From Gordius albopunctatus (Eukaryota): a DNA stretch of 64,000 nt. Position 1 is the first letter of the stretch. Each line of letters starts with the position of its first letter. The notes below the pieces were generated by a model that ran no database searches, had not been told where the DNA came from, and saw only the letters and a list, made by a program, of their open reading frames with translations. The DNA lies in the NCBI GenBank assembly GCA_964276515.1, contig OZ193910.1, forward strand, positions 1,488,001 to 1,552,000. The letters run 5' to 3'. The translations under genes and the position numbers were made by a program. Positions 23,401 to 41,839 of the stretch are shown here, in pieces.

Positions 23401-26400
23401 TTTTAGTTTTAAAAACATAGGCCTTTTAGTTTTACAAAATAGCTTAATTCTAAAACTACAGCCCCGATTCGCGCGAAAATTTAACCGTAGATGCCCAGGG
23501 CGGCCAGGGGTAAAATAGCTTTTTCAGAATCCTAAAATTCCTTTTAGTTTTAAAAACATAGGCCTTTTAGTTTTAAAAAATAGCTTAATTCTAAAACTAC
23601 AGCCCCGATTCGCGCGAAAATTTAACCGTAGATGCCCAGGGCGGCCAGGGGTAAAATAGCTTTTTCAGAATCCTAAAATTCCTTTTAGTTTTAAAAACAT
23701 AGGCCTTTTAGTTTTACAAAATAGCTTAATTCTAAAACTACAGGCCCGATTCGCGCGAAAATTTAACCCTAGATGCCCAGGGCGGCCAGGGGTAAAATAG
23801 CTTTTTCAGAATCCTAAAATTCCTTTTAGTTTTAAAAACATAGTCCTTTTAGTTTTAAAAAATAGCTTAATTCTAAAACTACAGCCCCGATTCGCGCGAA
23901 AATTTAACCCTAGATGCCCAGGGCGGCCAGGGGTAAAATAGCTTTTTCAGAATCCTAAAATTCCTTTTAGTTTTAAAAACATAGGCCTTTTAGTTTTAAA
24001 AAATAGCTTAATTCTAAAACTACAGCCCCGATTCGCGCGAAAATTTAACCCTAGATGCCCAGGGCGGCCAGGGGTAAAATAGCTTTTTCAGAATCCTAAA
24101 ATTCCTTTTAGTTTTAAAAACATAGGCCTTTTAGTTTTACAAAATAGCTTAATTCTAAAACTACAGCCCCGATTCGCGCGAAAATTTAACCGTAGATGCC
24201 CAGGGCGGCCAGGGGTAAAATAGCTTTTTCAGAATCCTAAAATTCCTTTTAGTTTTAAAAACATAGGCCTTTTAGTTTTAAAAAATAGCTTAATTCTAAA
24301 ACTACAGCCCCGATTCGCGCGAAAATTTAACCGTAGATGCCCAGGGCGGCCAGGGGTAAAATAGCTTTTTCAGAATCCTAAAATTCCTTTTAGTTTTAAA
24401 AACATAGGCCTTTTAGTTTTACAAAATAGCTTAATTCTAAAACTACAGGCCCGATTCGCGCGAAAATTTAACCCTAGATGCCCAGGGCGGCCAGGGGTAA
24501 AATAGCTTTTTCAGAATCCTAAAATTCCTTTTAGTTTTAAAAACATAGGCCTTTTAGTTTTAAAAAATAGCTTAATTCTAAAACTACAGCCCCGATTCGC
24601 GCGAAAATTTAACCCTAGATGCCCAGGGCGGCCAGGGGTAAAATAGCTTTTTCAGAATCCTAAAATTCCTTTTAGTTTTAAAAACATAGGCCTTTTAGTT
24701 TTAAAAAATAGCTTAATTCTAAAACTACAGCCCCGATTCGCGCGAAAATTTAACCCTAGATGCCCAGGGCGGCCAGGGGTAAAATAGCTTTTTCAGAATC
24801 CTAAAATTCCTTTTAGTTTTAAAAACATAGGCCTTTTAGTTTTACAAAATAGCTTAATTCTAAAACTACAGCCCCGATTCGCGCGAAAATTTAACCGTAG
24901 ATGCCCAGGGCGGCCAGGGGTAAAATAGCTTTTTCAGAATCCTAAAATTCCTTTTAGTTTTAAAAACATAGGCCTTTTAGTTTTAAAAAATAGCTTAATT
25001 CTAAAACTACAGCCCCGATTCGCGCGAAAATTTAACCGTAGATGCCCAGGGCGGCCAGGGGTAAAATAGCTTTTTCAGAATCCTAAAATTCCTTTTAGTT
25101 TTAAAAACATAGGCCTTTTAGTTTTACAAAATAGCTTAATTCTAAAACTACAGGCCCGATTCGCGCGAAAATTTAACCCTAGATGCCCAGGGCGGCCAGG
25201 GGTAAAATAGCTTTTTCAGAATCCTAAAATTCCTTTTAGTTTTAAAAACATAGGCCTTTTAGTTTTAAAAAATAGCTTAATTCTAAAACTACAGCCCCGA
25301 TTCGCGCGAAAATTTAACCCTAGATGCCCAGGGCGGCCAGGGGTAAAATAGCTTTTTCAGAATCCTAAAATTCCTTTTAGTTTTAAAAACATAGGCCTTT
25401 TAGTTTTAAAAAATAGCTTAATTCTAAAACTACAGCCCCGATTCGCGCGAAAATTTAACCCTAGATGCCCAGGGCGGCCAGGGGTAAAATAGCTTTTTCA
25501 GAATCCTAAAATTCCTTTTAGTTTTAAAAACATAGGCCTTTTAGTTTTACAAAATAGCTTAATTCTAAAACTACAGCCCCGATTCGCGCGAAAATTTAAC
25601 CGTAGATGCCCAGGGCGGCCAGGGGTAAAATAGCTTTTTCAGAATCCTAAAATTCCTTTTAGTTTTAAAAACATAGGCCTTTTAGTTTTAAAAAATAGCT
25701 TAATTCTAAAACTACAGCCCCGATTCGCGCGAAAATTTAACCGTAGATGCCCAGGGCGGCCAGGGGTAAAATAGCTTTTTCAGAATCCTAAAATTCCTTT
25801 TAGTTTTAAAAACATAGGCCTTTTAGTTTTACAAAATAGCTTAATTCTAAAACTACAGGCCCGATTCGCGCGAAAATTTAACCCTAGATGCCCAGGGCGG
25901 CCAGGGGTAAAATAGCTTTTTCAGAATCCTAAAATTCCTTTTAGTTTTAAAAACATAGTCCTTTTAGTTTTAAAAAATAGCTTAATTCTAAAACTACAGC
26001 CCCGATTCGCGCGAAAATTTAACCCTAGATGCCCAGGGCGGCCAGGGGTAAAATAGCTTTTTCAGAATCCTAAAATTCCTTTTAGTTTTAAAAACATAGG
26101 CCTTTTAGTTTTAAAAAATAGCTTAATTCTAAAACTACAGCCCCGATTCGCGCGAAAATTTAACCCTAGATGCCCAGGGCGGCCAGGGGTAAAATAGCTT
26201 TTTCAGAATCCTAAAATTCCTTTTAGTTTTAAAAACATAGGCCTTTTAGTTTTACAAAATAGCTTAATTCTAAAACTACAGCCCCGATTCGCGCGAAAAT
26301 TTAACCGTAGATGCCCAGGGCGGCCAGGGGTAAAATAGCTTTTTCAGAATCCTAAAATTCCTTTTAGTTTTAAAAACATAGGCCTTTTAGTTTTAAAAAA

Positions 26401-29400
26401 TAGCTTAATTCTAAAACTACAGCCCCGATTCGCGCGAAAATTTAACCGTAGATGCCCAGGGCGGCCAGGGGTAAAATAGCTTTTTCAGAATCCTAAAATT
26501 CCTTTTAGTTTTAAAAACATAGGCCTTTTAGTTTTACAAAATAGCTTAATTCTAAAACTACAGGCCCGATTCGCGCGAAAATTTAACCCTAGATGCCCAG
26601 GGCGGCCAGGGGTAAAATAGCTTTTTCAGAATCCTAAAATTCCTTTTAGTTTTAAAAACATAGGCCTTTTAGTTTTAAAAAATAGCTTAATTCTAAAACT
26701 ACAGCCCCGATTCGCGCGAAAATTTAACCCTAGATGCCCAGGGCGGCCAGGGGTAAAATAGCTTTTTCAGAATCCTAAAATTCCTTTTAGTTTTAAAAAC
26801 ATAGGCCTTTTAGTTTTAAAAAATAGCTTAATTCTAAAACTACAGCCCCGATTCGCGCGAAAATTTAACCCTAGATGCCCAGGGCGGCCAGGGGTAAAAT
26901 AGCTTTTTCAGAATCCTAAAATTCCTTTTAGTTTTAAAAACATAGGCCTTTTAGTTTTACAAAATAGCTTAATTCTAAAACTACAGCCCCGATTCGCGCG
27001 AAAATTTAACCGTAGATGCCCAGGGCGGCCAGGGGTAAAATAGCTTTTTCAGAATCCTAAAATTCCTTTTAGTTTTAAAAACATAGGCCTTTTAGTTTTA
27101 CAAAATAGCTTAATTCTAAAACTACAGCCCCGATTCGCGCGAAAATTTAACCGTAGATGCCCAGGGCGGCCAGGGGTAAAATAGCTTTTTCAGAATCCTA
27201 AAATTCCTTTTAGTTTTAAAAACATAGGCCTTTTAGTTTTAAAAAATAGCTTAATTCTAAAACTACAGCCCCGATTCGCGCGAAAATTTAACCCTAGATG
27301 CCCAGGGCGGCCAGGGGTAAAATAGCTTTTTCAGAATCCTAAAATTCCTTTTAGTTTTAAAAACATAGGCCTTTTAGTTTTAAAAAATAGCTTAATTCTA
27401 AAACTACAGCCCCGATTCGCGCGAAAATTTAACCCTAGATGCCCAGGGCGGCCAGGGGTAAAATAGCTTTTTCAGAATCCTAAAATTCCTTTTAGTTTTA
27501 AAAACATAGGCCTTTTAGTTTTACAATTTTGTAATTATAGAATGATAATTTTTAATAATTTTAGCCATGATTTTAATAAATTTTGGATTTAGAGGGGGGC
27601 AGCCCCCCTGGCTAAGCCCATGCGTTGAAAGTTTTTAATATAACTATGTACCTACAGTAGAAATAGCCCAGGAAGAAGCACAGAGATGTTGCTCTCTGAC
27701 GGGATTTATTAAGGGTCCCCAATGCTTTCTAGCATCAAAAAATGTTGGTATTGAATCCTTAAGTGCCAAGCCTATAATATTGACATTTTTAGCGAAAGTT
27801 CCTGTATCTGGTGCATAGGATCCTAGCTTGTATTTTAGGCCATCCATCAGATTCATTCCCCAGAATTTGGAATGATTAGAGGCTACCCAGCTATAAATCA
27901 TTAGAAATAAAATTTATAATATCCATAATTTCTGATATTTTAACTTTTTTTACTCGTTTAACTATGATCCAAATACTAAGAAGAGAGACAAAGAATGATG
28001 CAAGTCTCGAAAAGTACTGGACATAGAGGTACCGGGGGAGAGGGAGAGAACACTTCTGTGCAAAATGTAATATGTGCAAAATGTAATATAGGCAAGGGTT
28101 AGATTTAGTGATTTATTTGATAATATGTATTTATTTGATATAAAATAGTATTATACATTTTGATATAACTTATTTTGTTTCAATTAACAATTATAGTATC
28201 CTTCTATTACGTAGTTTTTTAGTACATATTTCATGCGTATGAATATGCGTGAAAACCGGTCTCAATTTCTAAAATGCGAATATTACATTATTATATTTTG
28301 CACATATTACATTTTGCACCAGATTCGGAGAGAACGATCTCGTGTCACGTGGGAAAGGGGGCAAGTGGAGAAAATTATGAAAACTAAGAAGATTAATCGA
28401 GACATGGCACATCAAAATGGAAGAAACTCATGAAAACAAACCCGACCACCACTGTGGAACCAAATATTTGATAAAGAAAAAGAAGAAAAAAAAGAAAAAA
28501 AGAAAGTGTTGATTTAAACAACAAAATTTTACATTTTAATTAAAGGAAATTGAAATGATTTTTGAAAGTAAACTTTAAAAGTTTTTTACGTCTGAATGTT
28601 AAAATCAATTTTCAAATATACAAAAACTAATTACGGATCCTTATTAAACAAATAAAACTATTTTTGCTTTTATGCAGAAATACAAATAGTTACTCTTTTT
28701 TAAAGTTTTATATAATCATATTTGGTGTAATTTTTTTTGAAATTTTCAATATTACATTTTAAAATTTATTGTTCAAGTAAAAATTAATTTTTAAAATAAA
28801 AACGCGAATAAATTTATCAAAATTATTTATTTTTTAAAATTACCCGAGTCGCTTATTGTTGATTTGATCAATATAATCTTCTCTAACAAGACATACACGT
28901 TCAGCACATTCAATTCGACCATTTTGACATTTACTAATATAACATGTAAAATAAGAAATATTAAATTCATTTTACTACGAAAAAATAAATAATTGTAATT
29001 AAAAAAATTAAATTTATTTTTAATTATTACAAAATTTTTTAAAATTTATTCATTTCTAGGCTATTGTGAGGGTTTAATATTACCATTCATTGCAGTTGTC
29101 TTTAAAAGAAAGCCCATTTGTATATAGTTTTCCTTTGAATTGACATCGCCTATCTATATGTAAATCCATATAAACTTTGTCATTTTTATATTGAAATTTA
29201 TAAGAAATTACATAGCAATTAATACTAATATTAAATATTCTCCAAACTTATACATGATGTATGTAAAATTAAAAAAAAATAGGTTTCATATCAAAATTTA
29301 TTTCGAAAAAATTCGTTATTTTGTCCAAAAAATGATAAGAGATTTGTTTTTACATCTCTTCTCCCCTTTAGGAATTTCAATTGTGCTTGGCTGTGTGATT

Positions 29401-30392
29401 TATTATTATTAAAGTGGCTGATGGTCATAAATATTAATTTAAGTTTATAGTGCAAAAATAAAATTTACATTACAAAAATTACTTTTTTGAAATATTTTTT
29501 TAAGTTTATAATTCAAAATATTTTTTATGATATAATTATGATAAATTTTTCTAGTAAAATAGATTTTAAAAAAGTTATTTTTTAAATATTTTTCATAATT
29601 GTTTAAACAGTACAATTTATATTGATTGATTATTAATTAATAATATATTTTAAAGGTGTTTGTGTATATATTTAGTAAATCTATTATAATTTTGTTTAAA
29701 ATAATGTTTTAGGAAATATTTTGGTAATATATCATAAAATAATGCTATTTAGCATAATTACTTAATATTATTTTAAACATGGCTGTTACAAAATCCACTT
29801 TATACAGTATGTCTTTAAAATTTCAACGAAAAAATAAAACTGACTCAAATACGCGATAGAAATTTATTCTAAATCTTCCATTATTTCAAATAAAGTTTTT
29901 TATAATTAAAAAAAAAATAAAATTTACTTGCAATATTTGAATGTTTTCTTATTTATAATACTTAATTTTTTTATTTATTTCATTTATCCTCAATAAAAGT
30001 CAAACTCCTTTAAATTAAATCGAAAGCTCTATAAAATCATGGAGAAATCTTTGAATTAATTAAATTTTGAGAAAGATTTTACCGTAATTCGTAAAAGGCG
30101 TAGATACGATAGCTTGTATTTGTTCATTGCTTGTGGTTCCATTCGTGCAAATAGTGCTAAAATCGGGGCAACAATCTCTAGCATTAATGCAGAATGAGTC
30201 GCAATAGCAGAGACTATTTAAGATGGTTCTACTACAGTAATCTACTCGACCATTACAACATATGGGTAGTTTGTTTATTGACTTAGCGCAATAACTAGCT
30301 GATAAATCTTGAGGTCGGGGCTGGTATGAGCCCCGACTTAAACTGGCTACTATGGGTGTTAGAAAAGTTATAAGATTGATTAGCGTTTCCAT
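14455..30392 (-). CDS. TINAGL1: Tubulointerstitial nephritis antigen-like protein (somatomedin-B + inactive cathepsin-B-like C1 domain), 10 exons, ~440 aa
   Basis: Exons 30083-30392, 29084-29153, 28844-28933, 27652-27890, 17054-17198, 16113-16254, 15561-15606, 14864-14975, 14722-14758 and 14455-14586 splice in frame. SMB motif CCNGRVDYC...CYCDSFC...[15 protein letters not shown] (Ser at the catalytic Cys position); [44 protein letters not shown]. Confidence 0.92.
15067..15520. mobile_element. Non-autonomous DNA transposon (inverted homologue at ~53194-53613)
   Basis: catagactgttcatatg...ttcatatggtaaa...ccattttgaatt matches the reverse complement of ~53545-53613; the opposite ends also match. 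Confidence 0.6.
16485..16905. mobile_element. MITE with TIR gactggcgaacagct (related copies ~12960-13787 and ~55973-56251)
   Basis: gactggcgaacagctg at ~16488 and agctgttcgccagtc at ~16889-16903; carries a nested GC-ended MITE. Confidence 0.65.
17444..17540 (+). mobile_element. 5' end of a non-autonomous rolling-circle (Helitron/Helentron-like) element leading into the satellite
   Basis: Hairpin ttgctc-tcgatcga-...-gagcgaa, then A|TCTATATATAAA, TA/TG/TATG microsatellite and GCTAATCTCTGAAACTACCGGCCCGATT...AAATTT; the same layout occurs at the Helitron 5' end at 46431 (- strand). Confidence 0.65.
17541..27526. repeat. 141-bp tandem satellite, 70 full copies plus one partial, near-identical
   Basis: cccgattcgcgcgaaaattt recurs at 17541, 17682, 17823 ... 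27411 (exact 141-bp period); only 3-4 recurrent variable positions. Confidence 0.98.
27975..28505 (+). mobile_element. 3' end of an RTE-like LINE, interrupted by a fold-back MITE (~28056-28321)
   Basis: [11 protein letters not shown]...RERSRVTW...INRDMA remnants and an A/GAA-rich tail; internal inverted repeat gtgcaaaatgtaatatgtgcaaaat / ttttgcacatattacattttgcac. Confidence 0.55.
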
Positions 30393-31358
30393 AATAGAAT
30401 CCAAATTTATCGACAAGTTACATTGGGATTAATGGCATATTTTTCCCAATTTTTTCCCGTCTTAATTGAATTATTAGTAGCATTTATAAATAAAAATTAC
30501 ATTATTAACAAACAGTGCGTAAAAAACTAGTAGAAAAAATACAAATATATAAGGAAACGAAGATTTTTTAAGCGATAATTTTATTGCCAATTAACTGGGA
30601 AGTATAACTGTTTTTGCGCTGCAAATTATTATCAGCAATTAAAAGAGGTGTCTGGGATTAGATGAATCAATTACATTAAAGATCTCAGATCGACCTAAAC
30701 CTATCAAAAATTTGTCATCTCAAGGCAAAAATATTGAGGAAAAGTTGTCATTTAGCAAGTAAATAAATGCAGAGAAATAAAGATTCAAGGTGACGAATTT
30801 TCAAATCAGATACAATATATAGGTCGATGATTGTATGTAAATATATCATTAGGGATTGTAAAATCAAATAATATACGGTTTAACTAGCATCTCAATTAAC
30901 GATTGAACCCCTGTCCCATATTGAAATGAGGCCACAGGGGTGCGGATGCATAATGTATATAAATTAATATTATTAACTCCATGATAAATTATTTATCATG
31001 AGGATTCATTTTTATATTATTTTTTTTTCATTACAATTTAATGATTTCAATCTTTGCCACTGAAATCTATTGAAAGTAGCGTGGTGGCAGCTTATCAATA
31101 TTTTTACTTGAATCCAGGTTAATTAAGGAAATTGAGCTGCGATTTAAAAATATATGTTTAATTAATAATATATAAAAATCAATTCTTAATAATATAGTAA
31201 AAAATAATCATTTTGTTATATATTTTTAATTATAGAATTGCAATTTATAGATAATCTAAATCGCCCAACTAGAACTATTTATTTTATATTTAAACATATT
31301 TGCTTACAATCAAATGTTTAGAAATAGAAAATTGAAGTGGGTACTTTTTCATTTCGAC

Positions 31359-32090
31359 TAGAGCTGTTAGAAGAAGTTCCTTTTAAAAAGGAACTTGTCA
31401 AGTTCCAGTTCCTCATTTTAAAAAGGAACTAGTTCCAGTTTTTTTAAAGTTCTTTTTATAATTTTTTTTAATGTACAAACATCCTTTATTAATTCACAAA
31501 AACCAATATATTATATATTACAATTTATAAAAATCATCAGGTAATAAATGTTTATTTGATTTTAACAAAATATTATTTTCAAAGTTGTCATCTAAAAGAC
31601 ATGTTCGCTTGTCTCAAAATAAAATTTTGCCCAAGCTAAATAATCTTTCCACAGGGGCACTTGATGGTAATGGCTTATTATATTTAATAAATAGTTTTTT
31701 TAAACGGGGAAAACTGTCTAAAAGACTTAAATTCATGTCACTCTCACTCATATCTAAAATCAAAAGATTATATATTTAATATTTATAAACTTACTATTAC
31801 TAGGAATATGATAAAAATTAAACACCAATTAAAGGAAATGAACTTTAAATAAATTACCATTAGTCGAAAAATTTATTTAACAAACACTGTGAAGAAAATA
31901 CTAAATAATATTTAAATTATAAAAATTTTTAATGCAAATTGAAATTGGCAAAATGAACCTAAAAGGAACTTGTAAGTAGTTACTTTTGCGATAAATTGAG
32001 AAAAAAAGGAACTAGTTACAGTCCCTCATTTTAAAAAGGAACTTATTAGTTCCTTTTAAAAAAAACCAACTAGTTCCTTTAACAGCTCTA
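31359..32090 (-). mobile_element. Non-autonomous hAT internal-deletion derivative (732 bp) of the element at 50930-52103
   Basis: TIR TAGAGCTGTTA / TAACAGCTCTA, 8-bp TSD atttcgac/attttgac, AAAAGGAACT subterminal repeats; long near-identity with ~50955-51160 and ~51833-52080. Confidence 0.88.
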
Positions 32091-33539
32091 ATTTTGACCT
32101 ATAGTGATTGTCTATTTACACATAAAATTATCGAAAAAAACATTTCACTCGCTTAGTTTTTGTTAATTGATAAAATTATATTGAAATCAATATATTTTTT
32201 TTAAGGAATTCGAATTCACTTTTAAATCTATTTGATATTCCACATTTGCTTAGATCGCTCTCAGAGAATTAGAGTGCTCCATCTGCAATTTTAAAGTAAA
32301 AATGCTATTCGGTAGATTTTTATATTCTACTAAGGTTCATAATATTTTGATTGCAAGTTTCATTTCTTTTTAAATTGTTTTGCTCTATTTATATTACCCA
32401 ATCCCAAGCGCTCATTTAAACTGAATAAATCGTCTGCTTTTAACTTTTGATTCGTATAATGACCCTACAATTATTTAACTGTGATATTTCACAGTTATAA
32501 AATGAAAACTATTTTAAATGATTATAAGTAAAAATTAATATAAAAAATATAGCGATAACTTTTATAAAAGTTTTAAAGTGATAAATCAAGATATTGTTAA
32601 TGGTGGTTGCAATCAGACAAAATCCAATGGGCTTAATTTGTAAATACAATAATTAGTCTCTATATAATATCGCTCGTGGAAAAAGAGATTTATTTTTAAG
32701 GCCAAAAATAAATTTTAAGATACAGGAAAAGAAAATTTATAATGGATGATATTTATGATTAATTATTATCAAGAGATAGAAAGTCACAGGAGCTTTTTGT
32801 TATAATAATATTTAATTTTACTTCTGTTTGATATATTTTGCATCTATCCTTTACTTTATAATAAATTATGATAAAGGCATTTATAGTTTAATTTAGCCTT
32901 ATCCATATTGGCCTCCATAATTATTTAAATATTTGCTGTCAAAGTTGCCAAAAACAGAGATTTTAACTTTTTTCAAACGTCTTAATAGATTTAATTTGTA
33001 AAGGGGACAGGAATGTATTTAGAATTTATCCCTATCTTTTTACATTGACACATTACGCCAGACTTCCGGTCGCCCTCCATTGTCTTTAACACTAGGAATT
33101 AAGTGCGTGTTGTTGTTTATCTACTTTACTACTACTACCGCTGCTTTTCATAAATAAATTTGCCGTTTGCCCCCCTCCCCCTTTTAGTCCCGGAAATTGC
33201 ATACCAATTAATAAATTTGCAATAAGAATTAAAACTATGCTCTATCTGAAATTTAAAGTTCATTTTTTGTAAAAAAAGAAAAAAGTCCACAATTTTTGTC
33301 AGAATGTTTACGGATACGGATGCTATTAGTTTACATTACGGACCTTTATTTCAAGACACATGAATAAGTTCAGATTTCATAGCATTTTAAACTTTGAAAT
33401 CAAATATCCCAGTTCGGAGTTTTGTGCAGATAGAGAACTTTAAATCTCAGGTAGCATGTGATGCCTATAATTAATAAATTTCTGTTTAAAATTAGTATGT
33501 TTTATTGTAACTTTTTTTAAATTGGAATTTTTAAGTATA

Positions 33540-34366
33540 CTAGATGAACCCGGCAAACGTTGTTTTGCCATTTACCCGGGCCGGGTGTATTAAATTATGT
33601 TGGAATTTTAGGACATCATATATGATGACAAAGCGGTTATTGAAGTAAAAATAAAGTTTGATGTCGTCTATATGTTCTACTTCTATTGTTCCCATTTCCG
33701 TATACAGTGCAACGCGTACTAATACATATATATTTTCGAAACAAATTTGAAAATGTAATATCTGTTTAAAGTTGCTTTTGTGAGCTAAACAATCTAAAAA
33801 ATGACAAACTCGGGCGGATAAAAAGCAAATTTCAAGTTACATTGGCTGGCCGCATTCATAATTTCCTGCATATACTTTTAAATTTTCATGAGATGCTAAC
33901 ACAATTAGAAAGTTACACCACAAATTATTTTACATTATGTGAAAATGGCTATTAAAAAATATTTATCCTATTATTGCAAATGGGATTAATTGGAGTATCT
34001 TAGGTAATAAAGTATCTAATACAGTTTGTCATTGGGCAAAAATTAAAATGGGTTATTAATAAAATATCCCTATAAGTAATATTTTTTTACGATATGAGCC
34101 AATATACTAATATTTAGATAAAATTATGAGAAAAACAAATTAGTTTAGGTAAACAAAATAACAAACAATAACTTTCTCGTTTGCTTCGAAACATAGTCTT
34201 CTTCAGCAATACTAGTTTTAACAGAATATAGGCCTCTAAAATAGATAAAATTATAATTAATAAAAGTGTGTTAAAAACATTCCTTTGTAATCGTATTAAA
34301 CCCAGAACACAACAACAGTCATTTTTCTTTCGTTTATTTACTAAATATATATATATATATATATAA
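33540..34366 (-). mobile_element. Non-autonomous Helitron
   Basis: 3' terminus on - strand ggcaaaacaacgtttgccgggttcatCTAG|T (hairpin + CTAG) at 33540; a (TA)n-rich probable 5' end near 34366 (approximate). Confidence 0.6.
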
Positions 34367-35698
34367 GGTATGTATGAAATAATATATGTAGACCACGCCT
34401 GCTATACCTCCTTAACCCATCTGGGGAGCTACCTAAAAAAGTAACATCAAGATAGCAAATTCATTAAAATAAAGGGATCAGAAATTTCTAATGTATTTAT
34501 CCTAGAAAAGCTAAATTTTCCCAAAAATTTAACTATAAATGAAATATTTTACGTCGAAACCTTAAAAAATCGCCTCTAAATTTTTATTACAGTCAACATG
34601 ACGAAAAATCCGAAATTAAGGAAAAAATAGTCTTCAATTTACCGTTGCAGAGATCTGAATAGGATCTCGTCAAGGCAGTTCGAGGTGTTGGTGAGCAGAG
34701 CTTATGAAAAATGAGGTGAAAAACAATTATGAAAATTAAAAGATAATCAACGTATGCATATCAAAAAAGGAACTAGTTCAAATTCCAGCATATTAGGGAT
34801 ATTTACAAAATGGTGTATAAATACATATATTCATGTACAAATGCTATTTACATTACATTATTTAATGTGCTTTCAAGGGAAAAAAACGAGAGGGGTGCCC
34901 CAAGTAGGGGCTTGATAAGACAAATAAACTGAAACTTATAAAGACTTCCCAAGGATTAGTGGAGAAATCAACGGCGCGATTCGATAACTTTACGTATGAA
35001 TTGCTGAGGAGGTAGGTAGTAGTGTGTGAAACTGCTTTTCGATCGACCTGATAATATAGTGTAAACACACGGTTTTATATGGAATGCATGCCCAAAGTGT
35101 TATAATTGAAAATTTTGGGACAAGATACTCCTAAGCATCTAATGTGTTGAGCGCCATCTTGAATAGTGCAATAAATATATTTTTAAGAATAGTATAACTC
35201 ATTATATTCATTATAGTTACTTCATGAAAAATAACAACATTATCAATGTAAATGGCGATATGAAAGTTTAATTCAGAGACGTTTTTTTCTTTATTGCTAA
35301 TTTTCAGTTATAAAAAGTTCATACATGATTTTTATTCCTATATAAAAGATGTATAAATCATCCAGATAAAAGTGTTTAGGACATAGATGTCAAAATTAGT
35401 AGCTCCTTAAGTTGGGTCTAGAAGTCTATTAATCTATGGTCTGCCCTGTAAATTAAAAAAATTTGCGCACAACATAAGCCTTTATAAGTAAGTATAGGCA
35501 GGAGGCTAAAATTATAACTATATCAAGCACGGCCTTTAAATTCTCGAATCGGCCTAACTACAAACCAGCAAAGGCAAAAGATCTAATAATTAAATGAAGT
35601 ATATGGGGTCACTCGAGACCCCAAGGAGCGAGCATTCTTAGGGTCGCTCAGGACTCCAAGAGGAAAGCATTCTTGAAACCTCGTGTCCTAATTCTGAG

Positions 35699-41839
<6,141 letters not shown>

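Noticed and set aside
17541..27526. CRISPR-like array
   Set aside because: Monomers are contiguous and near-identical with no unique spacers, there are no cas genes, and the context is eukaryotic; it is a satellite.
17541..27526. Coding repeat or tandem RNA gene (5S, tRNA, spliced-leader) array
   Set aside because: No ORF of 60 aa or more in the track, and I recognise no 5S/tRNA fold or A/B boxes in the monomer. A covariance-model search was not run.
27652..27700. Catalytic Cys-to-Ser change (CASSW) as pseudogenisation or novelty
   Set aside because: This substitution is the normal, established feature of the TINAG/TINAGL1 family.
35606..35676. ~35-bp imperfect tandem duplication just past the PAP stop
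   Set aside because: Two diverged copies only; no evidence of function.
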